DNA of 63,674 bases, the filler included, from Reclinomonas americana ATCC 50394 (lineage: Eukaryota): NCBI GenBank assembly GCA_048213135.1. It is 5 parts of 2 records of this genome, joined end to end, with 100 filler letters (N's around TTAATTAATTAA, not from the genome) between each part and the next. Parts side by side here need not be neighbours in the genome. Positions count along the whole stretch, not along the records: positions 21,157 to 46,627 come from PS015013.1; 4 more parts are not named here. The stretch is one strand, 5' to 3'. The notes beneath the pieces were generated by a model that saw only the letters and a list, made by a program, of their open reading frames with translations, made no database searches and had not been told where the DNA came from. A program made the translations under genes and the position numbers. Below, one piece after another: positions 25,774 through 37,769 of this stretch. The number at the start of each line of letters is the position of its first letter. Positions within the stretch are counted from its first letter, which is position 1.

Positions 25774-26410
25774 TTAATCCTCCACCATGCCGAAGCGGTC
25801 ACCCGTGTCCTCGTCGTCGTCGACGCTGTTAATTAGATTGGTGCCACTGGCAGAGTCAGCGCCGTCGGCGGTGGTGGCCAGCTGTGCCACGGCTGTAATC
25901 GGTTGTTGTTCTCGCTCCAATGCCAGAGCGCGCTGCTGCGGGAAGAAGCTAATGTCTTGTCGTTTCATCTGCACATGCAACAAACTCAGCAAAGGTCTCG
26001 CGCGGCGCTGAGAACTGACACAGCGATTCAACAATCACGAACCAGTTCGGCAACATACTGCTCCGTGCCAGTGTACTCGTCAAAGGGCTTGAGATGCAAG
26101 TACATCAGGAAGATGATGTAGCTGCGCTCGTTGTGGTCCTCCGTGGTGTGGTGGCGGAATCCTGCGCAGAGACGGTGAGCATGACTTGACTCACTAAATC
26201 CTCGAGTCTGGTAGCAAACGCACCGCTGCCGAGTCGCTCAAACAGCGGTCGTTCCAGGCCGCAGATGAAGCACACATTGTTCCGATCCGAGGTGAATGCC
26301 GCGCGGCGTGCACGCAACTCTGTTCAATCATCTGCGTGAGACACGATGGCACACCGACAAGAGTGAATCATTACTACTGGACCTGCAAAGGCGTCGAGGA
26401 TTTGACCTGC
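25774..26410 (-). CDS. ITPR: C-terminus of the same IP3R-family channel, on an inverted contig
   Basis: (G)QILDAFAELRARR...CFICGLERPLF...EDHNERSYIIFLMYL..EYTGTEQYVAE...FFPQQRALAL continues directly from NLVFG at ~24855. Confidence 0.9.
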
Positions 26411-27135
26411 NNNNNNNNNNNNNNNNNNNNNNNNNNNNNNNNNNNNNNNNNNNNNNNNNNNNNNNNNNNNNNNNNNNNNNNNNNNNNNNNNNNNNNNNNN
26501 NNNNNNNNNNNNNNNNNNNNNNNNNNNNNNNNNNNNNNNNNNNNNNNNNNNNNNNNNNNNNNNNNNNNNNNNNNNNNNNNNNNNNNNNNNNNNNNNNNNN
26601 NNNNNNNNNNNNNNNNNNNNNNNNNNNNNNNNNNNNNNNNNNNNNNNNNNNNNNNNNNNNNNNNNNNNNNNNNNNNNNNNNNNNNNNNNNNNNNNNNNNN
26701 NNNNNNNNNNNNNNNNNNNNNNNNNNNNNNNNNNNNNNNNNNNNNNNNNNNNNNNNNNNNNNNNNNNNNNNNNNNNNNNNNNNNNNNNNNNNNNNNNNNN
26801 NNNNNNNNNNNNNNNNNNNNNNNNNNNNNNNNNNNNNNNNNNNNNNNNNNNNNNNNNNNNNNNNNNNNNNNNNNNNNNNNNNNNNNNNNNNNNNNNNNNN
26901 NNNNNNNNNNNNNNNNNNNNNNNNNNNNNNNNNNNNNNNNNNNNNNNNNNNNNNNNNNNNNNNNNNNNNNNNNNNNNNNNNNNNNNNNNNNNNNNNNNNN
27001 NNNNNNNNNNNNNNNNNNNNNNNNNNNNNNNNNNNNNNNNNNNNNNNNNNNNNNNNNNNNNNNNNNNNNNNNNNNNNNNNNNNNNNNNNNNNNNNNNNNN
27101 NNNNNNNNNNNNNNNNNNNNNNNNNNNNNNNNNNN

Positions 27136-30100
27136 CGGCTGCTCCTCCTCTTCTTCTTCGCCCGCATCACCGTTCATGTCATCCGTATAGCCATCGTCGT
27201 CCTCCGCCATTAGCGCCTCCACTGGCTTCTCCTTGGCCATGAACGCCTTGATCTCGTCGGCCAGGGAGTTCTTCGCCAGCGCCTTGGTCGCCTTTTTCTT
27301 GCTCTTGGCCTTCTCCGCTTCGTCTTGCTCCTCCTCTTCCTCCTCTTCCTCGTCGTCGTCGTCCTCATCCACGTCGTCGCCCATGTCTACGTCGCCATCG
27401 TCGTCGGCTCCGCTCTTCTTCTTCGCAGCGTTGTGTTCCAGCACACTGAGCATGCGCTCCTTGCGTGCATCCTCGCGTCTGCGCCAGCGTGTGCGTTGGC
27501 AGCCAAACAAAACAAGGCGCCGCATAACTCCATCCCTACGCACCTGGCAAACAGCTCCTCGAAGAACTTGCCAAGTGGACTCGCGTGCCGTGGTCCCTCA
27601 CGCTCCGAGCGCAGGAAATCGTCGGCCTGGGAGACACTGCGCGGTCCAATGTCGAGCTGTCCACGTCGTTGCAGAACCCAGTTTCGATTGTTCTCAATCT
27701 GTTATTGCACTCGTGAGATATTCTGCATCATCAAACATCACAATGCTGGCAAGAGAGGGCGCACCACATCAGCCAATTGCTGCACGGGCTTCTTCAGGCG
27801 CTGGATCTTGGAGAGACGCAAGAACTGCTTCAGCACCATGAGCGTCGGGACTGCTAGTTCCGGGAACGCAATCGAGTACGAGTGGTTGGCCAGGTGCGCG
27901 GCCAACACCTCCAGAGACTCGTCCACCAGCACCTCCTGGAAGCTGCGCAACTTGACCGACGTCTTCGGCACCTTCAGCAGGAATCTGAATTCCGGTGGAC
28001 GGGTGCCGGCCGTGCCCTCGCTTGCGCGTTTTCTCAACTCAGGAGCATGCAGCGCCTCCAGCACCAGCGGGGCAACCGGAATGTACTGTCCCGTGGCCCT
28101 CTCGAGATCCACCAGCATGCGGCAGCACTGCAGCCGAAGCGGGAAGAATCTGCACACAAACAACGTGAAACGTGTGAGCTCATCGTTGCCCCGACGACCA
28201 TGGCGAACAATGTGTCATTCGCGACGTACCTCGTGCTCGGCGACAGTCGTGCCACGCCCAAGATGATCTGCACCAGCGGGTACACCAGCGGACCGAGCTG
28301 GCTCTCTGCCGGCGCGGCGCACAGGACTTGCGTCCACGCGCGCAGCGAGTTCATGAACTGCCAGTTGTACACCGACTGGAACACGTCCTTGTTCTTCTTC
28401 TTGCCGGTGACGGTCTTGGACTTGTTGCCGAGACCACTCGAGGTCGCGGCCGTCATGGCCGAGCGCAGCGTGATGGCCAGCTGTCGAATGTACACAAACG
28501 CGTGCTGGTACGAGACATTGAGATCCATGACGTACAACTCGGCCACGCAGTTGCACAAAAAGTTGATGGAGCCGAAAGTGCGCGCCGTCAAGAACTTGGC
28601 GTTGCGCACGTACGTCAGGTAGAGACCCTTGAGGCAGAGATCGAGGAACTTGACTTGTGAATTCTGCAGCGTGAGCGCCATCTTGCGCACAACGATAAAG
28701 GCGCGGAAGCGCACGCTGTCCTCCTCGAAGCGCATCAGGTCGAGGAACAGGCGCAGGAAGCGCTTGGCCAGGCCAGTTGCCGCAATCATGTACGGCACCA
28801 GAGCTCCCATGGCATGCAAATACAGCACCAGTGACGACTCCTCCGTCAGCTGCGACCCAAAGGCGTAGCAGTCGCGCAGGAAGCTGCGTGCCACCGTGTC
28901 GAACTTCTTCCAGCGCTTGCACTTGTTCGGCATCTCCACAGCCACCGTGAGGGTGAGCACCGAGGGTGTCGACGACGAGGCACCGCTGCGCAGATAGAAA
29001 CGACAAGCATGAGATAGAGTGATACACGTGACTCACGTGACAAGGCGCAACTCTTCGTCAGAGGCAGCGGCTTCGCCGACCGGCACCACGGCGTCGGGCT
29101 TGCGACCCAAATATTCATCAAAGAATACTGGCAGACGCGTCAAAGCCGCAGTCACGGCCTCCTCGAACACGGCGCCAGAAGCGATGCGGAACGGTGTCGG
29201 TGCTGCGCGCCGTTCCCGACAGAGTCAGCGCGAAGACATCGTGTATGGAAGACAGAGCAAAACCAAGTAACCCTTGCGTCTCTTCGCCTTGGCAGCATTC
29301 GCGGCGGCGGTCGCCGGATCCTCGGCGCTGCTGTACTCGCATGCGGTGCGGAACGCCAGCATGAGGTACTTGGCAGCCTTCATGGAGCGCCTGTTGCCCA
29401 CTTGATCGCTCCACTTGCGCAGCATCTTGATGGTCAGCGTGCGCTTGGTGGAGCCACTCTGCACCAGCCACGCGCAGTGAGACACACAACTCGATTCGTC
29501 ACTCGCCACCCGCAAGACACAACACGTACCAAGTCAATGGGCCCCTCCTGCTCCTGCTCGCCCTCCTCTTCCTCCTCGCCCTTGGTCTTCTTCTTTTTCT
29601 TCTTCTTCTTGTCGGCCTCGGCTTCCGCGTGAGCCTTCTCCTCCGCCTCATCGTCGTGGCTCTCGGCGTCCCACTCCAGCACCTCGCGATCCTCCTGCTG
29701 CAAGAACTTGAAGAACTCGGGATCGGAACGACGCAGCGCCTCCAGATCCTTCTTGTGCGCCACCACCGCATCCTTGGCGGCCTTGGCCTTGTTCTGCAGA
29801 CTCTTCAGTTGCGGTTTCTTGCTGGTCAATCGCTCCACGGCATCATCGTCCTCATCCTCATCACCATCATCATCGTCATCATCATCATCATCTGCATCCT
29901 CTCCATCAGCAGCCTCGTCATCGTCGTCTACACACACCGCTCAGTCCACACTTGTCTCCGATGCATGCATGACACAAAACGACACTCACCATCATCTTCG
30001 TCCATCGCTCCATCGACATCATCATCATCATCATCGTCGTCATCGTCGTCGTCAGAGAGGCCCGTGCTGCCGTTCAGAGTGGCCTCGAAGCCATTCTCGC

Positions 30101-30268
30101 CACTGGCGTACGAGCTGCCGGGTTCCTCGTCCTTCTCTTGCTCCCGCCGCTGCTGCTCTCGTCGTCGCTTGCCCGACACCTTCTTCGCCGCAGTCACCGA
30201 CGAAGGGAACGTCAAACCGATAGCGGCCTCCTCTGCGACAAAGAAAACGTGTTTGGTCAAGAGAGGGT
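27136..30268 (-). CDS. NOC2L: Nucleolar complex protein 2 (main body)
   Basis: HKKDLEALRRSDPEFFKFLQQEDREVL, SYQHAFVYIRQLAITLR, VYNWQFMNSLRAW, PLVYPLVQII, FFPLRLQ, SIAFPELAVP; acidic tracts. Confidence 0.93.
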
Positions 30269-30358
30269 NNNNNNNNNNNNNNNNNNNNGAAGAAGGCGCC
30301 GGATCCATTGAGTGAGGTGGACCGTGAACGCATCGTCTCTTTCTCGTTCCGTGTCGCC

Positions 30359-30539
30359 ATGCCAGCGGGAAAGTCGAAGAAGGGGTCAAAGAACTTTGCC
30401 AAGCGCAAGGGCGGCCTGCAGGCGACCATCAAGGCGCGCAAGCAGCGGCAGGAGGTGCAGCAGGATCGTGAGAAGCGCTTCCTCAGCCAGAAGAAGCGAG
30501 AGGAGGTCGCCGAGGTCGAGGATGTGCAGCGTCAGGAGG
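30359..30539 (+). CDS. NOC2L: NOC2 first exon on an inverted contig (last exons at 25552-25738 on + strand, also inverted)
   Basis: MPAGKSKKGSKNFAKRKGGLQATIKARKQRQ resembles the basic Noc2 N-terminus and is followed by a GTGAGT donor; DKLKAFSLDDEDDDE-stop at 25738 fits a Noc2-type acidic end. Confidence 0.7.
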
Positions 30540-30801
30540 GTGAGTGCATGCACGGAGAGAAGAATTGGAGAGAGGCGGGGGCGGAAAGCGGGGGCGTGTG
30601 TGGTTGTGCATGTGCACATTCACATGGCCTGNNNNNNNNNNNNNNNNNNNNNNNNNNNNNNNNNNNNNNNNNNNNNNNNNNNNNNNNNNNNNNNNNNNNN
30701 NNNNNNNNNNNNNNNNNNNNNNNNNNNNNNNNNNNNNNNNNNNNNNNNNNNNNNNNNNNNNNNNNNNNNNNNNNNNNNTCACACTCACTCATTCACACAC
30801 A

Positions 30802-32148
30802 ATGTCGGGAGGCGGCATCCTGCGGCCTGACGAGCGCAGTGGCAGCGATGCGCAACTGGTCTACTCCGAGTCCCCGCGCAAGCCACTCGCCACATCCACC
30901 GCCATGGCCTACAGAAAGATATCAGCAGCTCCGATGTCGTCGACACCTTGGTGCCGCTCACTGCGCATGTGGCTCCTCATGTTGCTGCTCATGGCCGTGG
31001 TCGGCGGCATTGTCGCCGTGCTGGTCACACAGCTCTCTGACCGCCGGCGAACCATGAATGATAACGCAAACAACAACAACAACTACAACAGTAGCTCTTC
31101 CATGCGTGTGCTGGTGCGCTCTTGTCTCGCCCTCCCTCCCTCTCTATTCCCGCACTGGCACTGAGCTTCTTGTGCGTGCTTGTCACAGCCGGGTGGCGTC
31201 ATTGTTCCCGCCGATTGCATCAACTATTTGGACAGCGGCACTCAGCAGCTGCAGCGGGCGGCCGATGGCTCACTGGTGGTGGTGAGCAGCAGCAGCAGCA
31301 ACGGGGGTGCGCCGAGCCCTCCAGCAGCGCTCAAGTCGTGCGCGAGCAGTGCCGAGTCGCGCTTGCCGGCACCGCCTTCTCCTTCGTCGTCGTCATCGGC
31401 GACACAGGTTCGCAGCACGACGGGAGTGGCGACATCGGTCACGCAGTTTGAGCATGCGTACGTGTGCACGGGAGGCATGGTGAATGGCGACTGGGAGCTG
31501 AGCAGCGGCATGTACACGGCCTCCAGTGTGGTCTTGTCGGTGCCGCCGGTGCCGAGTGCCATGACCAGCAACAGCACGGTGTTCTTGTGGCCGGGACTGG
31601 AGCCCGGCGACGCGTCGTATGTGGTGCAGCCGGTGCTGTTTGCCGTCGGCTCTGGCCAGGTGCATCCGGGTGTGCTGGCCGGCAGCTGGTTCGCCGCCGG
31701 CTTCTACGTGTCGCTGGCCACGGGCCAGTTTGTCATTGGCACGCCGCTGCCTGTGTCGCCTGGCGACCTCCTCGAGTTCAGCACGCAGCTGAGCACCGAC
31801 GGCACCACGTGGCACATGCGCATGGTGGACTTGTCGGCCGGCACCATCACCACCCTGTCGCACCCGGCTGTGACCTCGGATCCACCCACCAGCTCGCTCA
31901 TGTGCCTGGAGACGTGGTTCCTCTCGTCACTGGACAACCTCCCACCCGCCGGCAGCATCAGCACCTTCTCCAATCCACAATGGTCGGTCGACTACTCGCC
32001 AGTGCCGGTCTCCGCGCTGTCGTTTGTGCCCGACGCCGCTCTCACCGACGTCGATTCGCTCAGCCCGGGCACGCTGCTCGGCCGCTGGTCATGCTCGCAG
32101 TCTACGACGAGCACCAGCAACGGATCGTGTACCTATACCTTTGGATGA
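30802..32148 (+). CDS. Type II membrane-anchored protein with a beta-sandwich domain resembling glutamic peptidase (G1/neprosin-like) families
   Basis: TM segment MWLLMLLLMAVVGGIVAVLV, one intron, then PGGVIVPADCI, VFLWPGLEP..VVQPVL, WFAAGFYV, PVSPGDLLE, MCLETW. Confidence 0.55.
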
Positions 32149-32288
32149 CCGCCGAGAGTGAAAGAGACAATTTTCGTCCTCGTCGGAGCTTGTTGCAATC
32201 GTTGAGTTCTTGCGCGCGAACTCGTGTGCAAGTTGTCTGTCTGTCTGTCTTTCTCTTTCTTTCTTTCCAAAGTGCACAGTGGGGGGGC

Positions 32289-35162
32289 ATGAGCGAGTTC
32301 AAGCAGCCGCACGATCGACTGGCCTCCTTCTGGAGTGAGGAGCTTGACTACCACTTGGGCGCGCTTTTGCGAAGACACGCGTTTGATTTCGCGCGCGTGG
32401 CTGTCTCTCTGCAGCGCCTCTTCCGCGGCTACCTCACGCGGGAGCACTTGTCTGGCGCACGCAGCGACTTTGACGAGCTGCTCATCACAGAGGGCGTGTG
32501 TCGCGCGCGATGGGCTTTTCTCGACTACCAGGTAAACTGCTCATCTCATTTCGCACACTTTCTTTCTCACTCACTCACACTCACATGCGTGTGACAGCAA
32601 TCACGCGCTGGTGGTGACGTGGCGTTCCCAGCTGAGGCTGTGAAGGTGTGGCGTGCGTTTGAGGGCGGTCGCGCGCAACCAGAGGCGCCTGTCAAGAAGG
32701 CAGTGGTCGTTGAGCAGACTGTGACCAGCAGCAAGCCGCCTGCCACAGTCTCTGCTGCAGTCAAGTCGACCAGTCGAAGCATTCCTGTGACTACTGTGTC
32801 TCACGATGACGATGACGATGACGGTGATGATGATGAAGAGGAGGAGGAAGAGCAGCGAGTGCCGCAGCGAGAGCGACCGGTCAGCAGGAGCAGCAGCAGC
32901 ATGCACTCGTCGAGTGTGCTGGCGGCCATTGATGCCGACAGCAAGCCGTCTTCGTTCTCCATCCTGGAGGACTCGTTGTCGGCGCGCTTTGCGCAGATCT
33001 ATGAGCAGGTGTGGCGATCAATGGAGGAGACGTGTGGTGTTGTGGAGCCCTGATTTCCGTATGTAATGCGCGTGCACACAGGTTCGCGGCAATCTGCCGT
33101 CGGCCAGTGCCACGGGAGATGACAGCGACGACGACGATAGCGATGATGAGGATGTGGTCACGGTGCATCGCGTGCTGGATCGGCGCACTGCCATGCGCGA
33201 TGGTCGCAGGTCTTGTCGACATTTGTCTTTTTTTGTTGACCGCTCGTTGTTGTCGTCCCTCGTCGCTCATGCGGGTGAGTGCACAGCAATGCGTGTGAGC
33301 GGTTTGGCGTGTCGGAGGCCTCCTTTGCATCGGGGAACGATCCCGAGTTGGAGCAGCGGGTGAACGAGGCGTTGTCGCTGCACGACCGCGAAGAGTATGG
33401 CTTCAATCCGGCGTCGCTGCGCTTCGACGATCACTTGGCGGCCGCCTCGGCGGCAAGCGCGGTGGCGGCAGTGGCTGTGCCTGAGAGGGCGACACGCGCG
33501 AGCCCAGTTGTGTCGCCGCTTGCGGTGGAGCCGTCTCGCGCGTCTCCGGCTGCCTCGCCGGTTGCAGCGGGTGCGACAAGAGCGGCGCCACTGTCGCCCG
33601 CTCGCTCGGCAGCACCCGCGTCGACGCAGACCATGTCTCCTGTGCTGCGGTCGACATCCACACAGTCGGTGGAGTCGGCGCCGGCACCGCCACGTCCCAC
33701 TGCCACTGCGTCCACTGGCACCGATGCCAGCATGGGTGACGAGGCTGCGTGGGAGCGTGAATTTTATGCCTCCATTGGTGACGGTATGGACTTTTTTTTG
33801 TAGTTCTGCGTTGGTGGCGACCCTGCTGACAGACTTGATGCTTGTCTCTTCTTTCTCTTGTTTTTGTCGTGTCTGTCAGCGGGTCGCCGCAATGGATCAG
33901 CTGCCGCAGCGCCTGCACCCGCCCCAGCGGCAGCAGCAGCAGCACCAGCTCCCACACGTGCCGCTGTTGTTGCAGCACCCGCGCCGGCTGCCGCTGCTGG
34001 CGCCGGGCTGTTCGATCTGGACTCGGCGCTGGACGACATTGGACTCGATGTGGACGACCTGCTGCGCTCGATGGAGAGCAGCACACGTGCTGCGTCCTCG
34101 GCGACCACCCTGCGCAGTGCTGCGACTGCCGCCAGTGGCAGCAGTGCTGCACCGGCGCGACGCACGGCCAGCAGCGGCACCTCCATGTCCTCCTCCTCCT
34201 CATCGTCGTCGTCATCCATGACCGTGTCTCGCTCGGCCGGTGTTGGCACGGACCAGGAGTATCCGGGAACGCGCAACAGTGGCACCTCGTCCACACAACC
34301 GGCACGCATTATGTATCCGACTGTGGTATCGGCGTCGTCATCGTCGTATGGTGGCAGTGCGTCGGGCTCTGGCGGCGGACGGCGTGCGTCGGACAGCACC
34401 GGCGATGAAGACGCCACACAAGAGGACTCGGACGACCGGTATGTAGTGGCCAGTCCCCCGTCCAGGTAAGTCCGCCATTGTCTGCTTGCCTGTTCGCGCC
34501 GTCTCACTCCACCAATGGTCGCAGCCGACGACCAGACGCTGATTCGCCGCCACGGCGTGCGACTGCCGGCAGGTCTGTGCCGTACGACGCAGGCCGGCTA
34601 CAGAGTCTCATGATGTCATGTTGCGTCGCTCGTCGCTCTTCTGTGCATCCATCGCGCCTCTGACACGCCACGCCACACAGCTGCGAGTGAACTGTCTGTT
34701 GCGCTGTCTGGATCACGCGGTGGAGGCTCTTCCGCATCGTCGGCGGCAGCGGCGTCGGTGGCGGCTGCACCAGCTGGTCCCTCCGGCTCCGGCGGTGCCA
34801 GCGGCAGTGGACGGCCACCACGCGAGGTCACCCACATTCGCCACTTGCCACAGGTCAGTGAATATCGCCACTCGCCGCGTGCACTTGCGCGCCAGTCACT
34901 CACACCAGCTGCTTGCCAGGGCGACGAGGACGACGTTCCGACGGGCCCTGGCGACGAAATGGCTCACTTCTTGCCCGGAAACTACCAGCCGACTCGCTAC
35001 ATTGGTACGCCCCCTCGCGCACTCGTGATACTGCCCGTTGACCACACTGACACACTCGGCGTCGCAGACATTCGACAGGATCGCTCCACACGCCCACGCG
35101 GGCAAGTCACCCAGTTCTCCGACGGTCCACCATCTGCCGGCGCCCATCGACCCTTCCGTTGA
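32289..35162 (+). CDS. Hypothetical protein with an N-terminal Myb/SANT-like domain and a long low-complexity tail
   Basis: FWSEELDYHLGALLRRHAFDFARVA...ITEGVCRARWAFLD (W..E.D..L / CR.RW pattern); GT-AG exon chain to a probable stop at 35162. Confidence 0.55.
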
Positions 35163-35332
35163 GCTTTTCTTTGCTCCCTCTCTGCACGTTTGTTTGTCTG
35201 TGTGTTTTGTTTCCACGGCCCGAGGGAGAGGCAGTGAAAAAGCGTCGACTTGGAGGGGACGAAATGCACTTGTCCTCGAGTCCTCCTTCTCTGTGTCACG
35301 ACGGAATCATCATCGGGGGCCGTGTAAAGAGA

Positions 35333-37676
35333 ATGTCGGTCAACGCACCTGCCGATGAGCAGTACCTGCAGGTGCCCTCACGCGGAGGCGACGGGCGAGC
35401 AAGTCCGCAGCCTTCTCCGCGCAAGAAGGTGGGATTCACGCGCAGCGCACTCAATCTCAAGAAGGAGCCTGTGGCAGGAGCAGCCGCACAGAGCAGTGGT
35501 GCTGGTGGGACGTTTACTCCGCGCTCACACGACAGTGTCGGCAGTTGAGTGTGCTCTTTGGAGAGAGACAGAGGGGAGGAAGAGAGAGTAAGGTGCTGAT
35601 TGTGAGATCTTGTGTTGCAGGTTATGATCACACCAAGCCGCCACCGGACAAGGTGAGCAGCAGCATGTGAGAGCAACAGAGAGAGAGGGACGAAGGAGAG
35701 TGACAGAGAGAGAGAGAGGAAGGGTGGCCATGGCATAGATGTGCGTTTGTTTTGTTGCTCACTCTCTCTCTCTCTCTTGCGCGCGCGCGTAGCACAATGT
35801 GGCGTACTGGATCCTGGTGTTGCTCGGCGCAGGGTACGCACGCAAACATGACAGAACAGACAGATGTGTGTTTTTCCTCACACAATTCTCTCTCGTTCTC
35901 TTTGTGTGCAGACTACTCTTCCCGTGGAACAGCTTCATCTCGGCGCCTGATTACTTTACGTTGCGTGAATCGCTTGCCTTGCTCTCTATCTCTCTCTCTC
36001 TCTCCCTTGCTCACTCACTCGCGATCCACAGGTACTACTATCAGAGCAATATCGAGTTCCTGTTTGCCATGGTGTACACCGTGCCCAACTTCCTCGGTCT
36101 CCTCCTCATGATCTGGATCGGCAATGTTCCGTCCCTCTTCTCTGGCATGTACATGTGGAGTTGTCTCTTGCGTGCTGATTTCCGATGCTCGGGCACAGCG
36201 CTTCAGCTTTGTCGGCAAAGTCTTTGTGTGGTTCACGGTGGCGCTGGTGATTCTGGTGCTGACGCCTCTGATCCCCTCGTTTGGCATGCCGGAGACTGGC
36301 CGCTTGATTTTCGTGCTTGGCCTCGTGTTCATTCAGGGCTTTGGCACGGCCGTGTTGCAGGCCAGGTTCGTGACGTGTGTTTGTGATTCGTTGGCGATGG
36401 GGTTTTAACTGGTGGTGTGTGTGTGCGCAGCATGTTTGGCTTTGCGGCGCTGATGCCTGCCATCTACTCGCAAGCGCTGATGGGCGGCAATGGCTTTGCC
36501 GGCGTCATTGTGTCGGTGTTGCGTCTGATCACCAAGGCCGGCTTGGCGCACAGCTCCAACGGTGAGGCGCGATTCGTTGATGATCACATGTGTATCAATC
36601 GCGTGCACTTATGCTCTCTCCAGCCCTCGAACTGAGCGGCCTGATCTACTTTGTGCTGTCGGCCTTTATTGTGCTGCTGTGCATCATTGCCTTCTGGATC
36701 ATGCTCAAGCTGCCGTTCACGCGCTTCTACATTACCCAAAATCCCGTCGATTCGCTCTATGAGCAGCCGCTGATGCAAGACGAAGCCGAGGCCACGGACT
36801 CGGAGGACTCGGAGGAGGCCATTGTTGCGTCTTTGTTGCCTGTTTCCTTTGGCCTCCGCCCCAACTGATTTCGACGCGCCGACAGCCCCTGAAAGAGGGA
36901 GATGCGTTGCGCTTCCACTCGGACACGCCGGCCTCGTACGGTGGCGAGAAGGATCTGGAGCACTCGGCCAAGGTGACGCACACAGCCAACCTGTGGCACA
37001 TTATCAGGAAGCGCTGGGTGCCGGCGTTCAGTGTGTTCTACACATTCTTCGTGTCGCTGGCCGTGTTCCCGGGAATTGCGACAAGCATCACGCCCAATGC
37101 ATTCGGCGGCTGGTTCAGTGTCATTATTGTGGTGCGACAAGAACTGTAATGATGCGTATGGTGATGATCTTGCGTCTCACTCCACTCGCGCACGCACAGA
37201 CGGTGTTCAACGTGTTCGACACGATCGGTCGTCTGTCGCCCGCCTGGTTCAAGCTGTCCAACGAAAAGTGGCTGCTGGTGCCCGTGCTTGCGCGCAGCAT
37301 TTTCCTGCCCGCCTTTGTGCTGTGCATCAAGCCGCAGGTGTTTGCGTCGCCATGGTGGGCGCTCTCCTTCATGGCCCTCATGGCGTTCACGAATGGCCAC
37401 TTTGGAAGTTGTGTTTCCACAGCCGTTCCCTCATATCCTCATGGCGTTTCTCATCTTTCGTTCATTCTCGCTCAGGTCTGTCGATGATGTTGGGACCGTC
37501 GCATCACTGCCGCACGTTTGAGAAGGAGCTGTGCGGCACAATGATGGTACGCGATTGGAAAGTGCACGATCGTATCATTTTTGTTACAGAAACTGACTCA
37601 TTCACAGACGGCGTCGTTGTTGCTGGGCATCACGGTCGGCTCGTTTGGTGGCATGGGTATTAGTGCAGCAGTTTAG
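35333..37676 (+). CDS. Equilibrative nucleoside transporter (SLC29/ENT family)
   Basis: LLGAG.LFPWNSFISAPDYF, ALMGGNGFAGVIVSVLRLITKA, FFVSLAVFPG, FNVFDTIGR, AFTNGHFGSLSMM; all introns GT-AG and in frame. Confidence 0.95.
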
Positions 37677-37769
37677 ACAATGAAGAACACAGATAATGCG
37701 TGTTTTTGATCCGAGGTGAAAGGGGTTTGCCTCGTGAAGTGGCGGGACAGAGAGCTGCTTTGTTTCGTA

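Noticed and set aside
25552-26410. Scrambled genes, programmed inversion or trans-splicing of IP3R, NOC2, TMEM260 and UBC9 pieces
   Set aside because: All strand switches coincide with assembly gaps, and simply flipping the small contigs restores colinear genes.
27325-28660. Long antisense ORFs opposite NOC2 and other genes (e.g. 3531-4304, 62055-63335)
   Set aside because: Shadow ORFs expected from high GC and codon bias; no recognisable motifs.
35960-35966. Non-canonical TT-AG or GC-AG introns at G|TTGCGT sites
   Set aside because: Cutting after the G causes frameshifts at most such sites (e.g. 19356, 19208, 23628); cutting before the G keeps the frame and the GT-AG rule.
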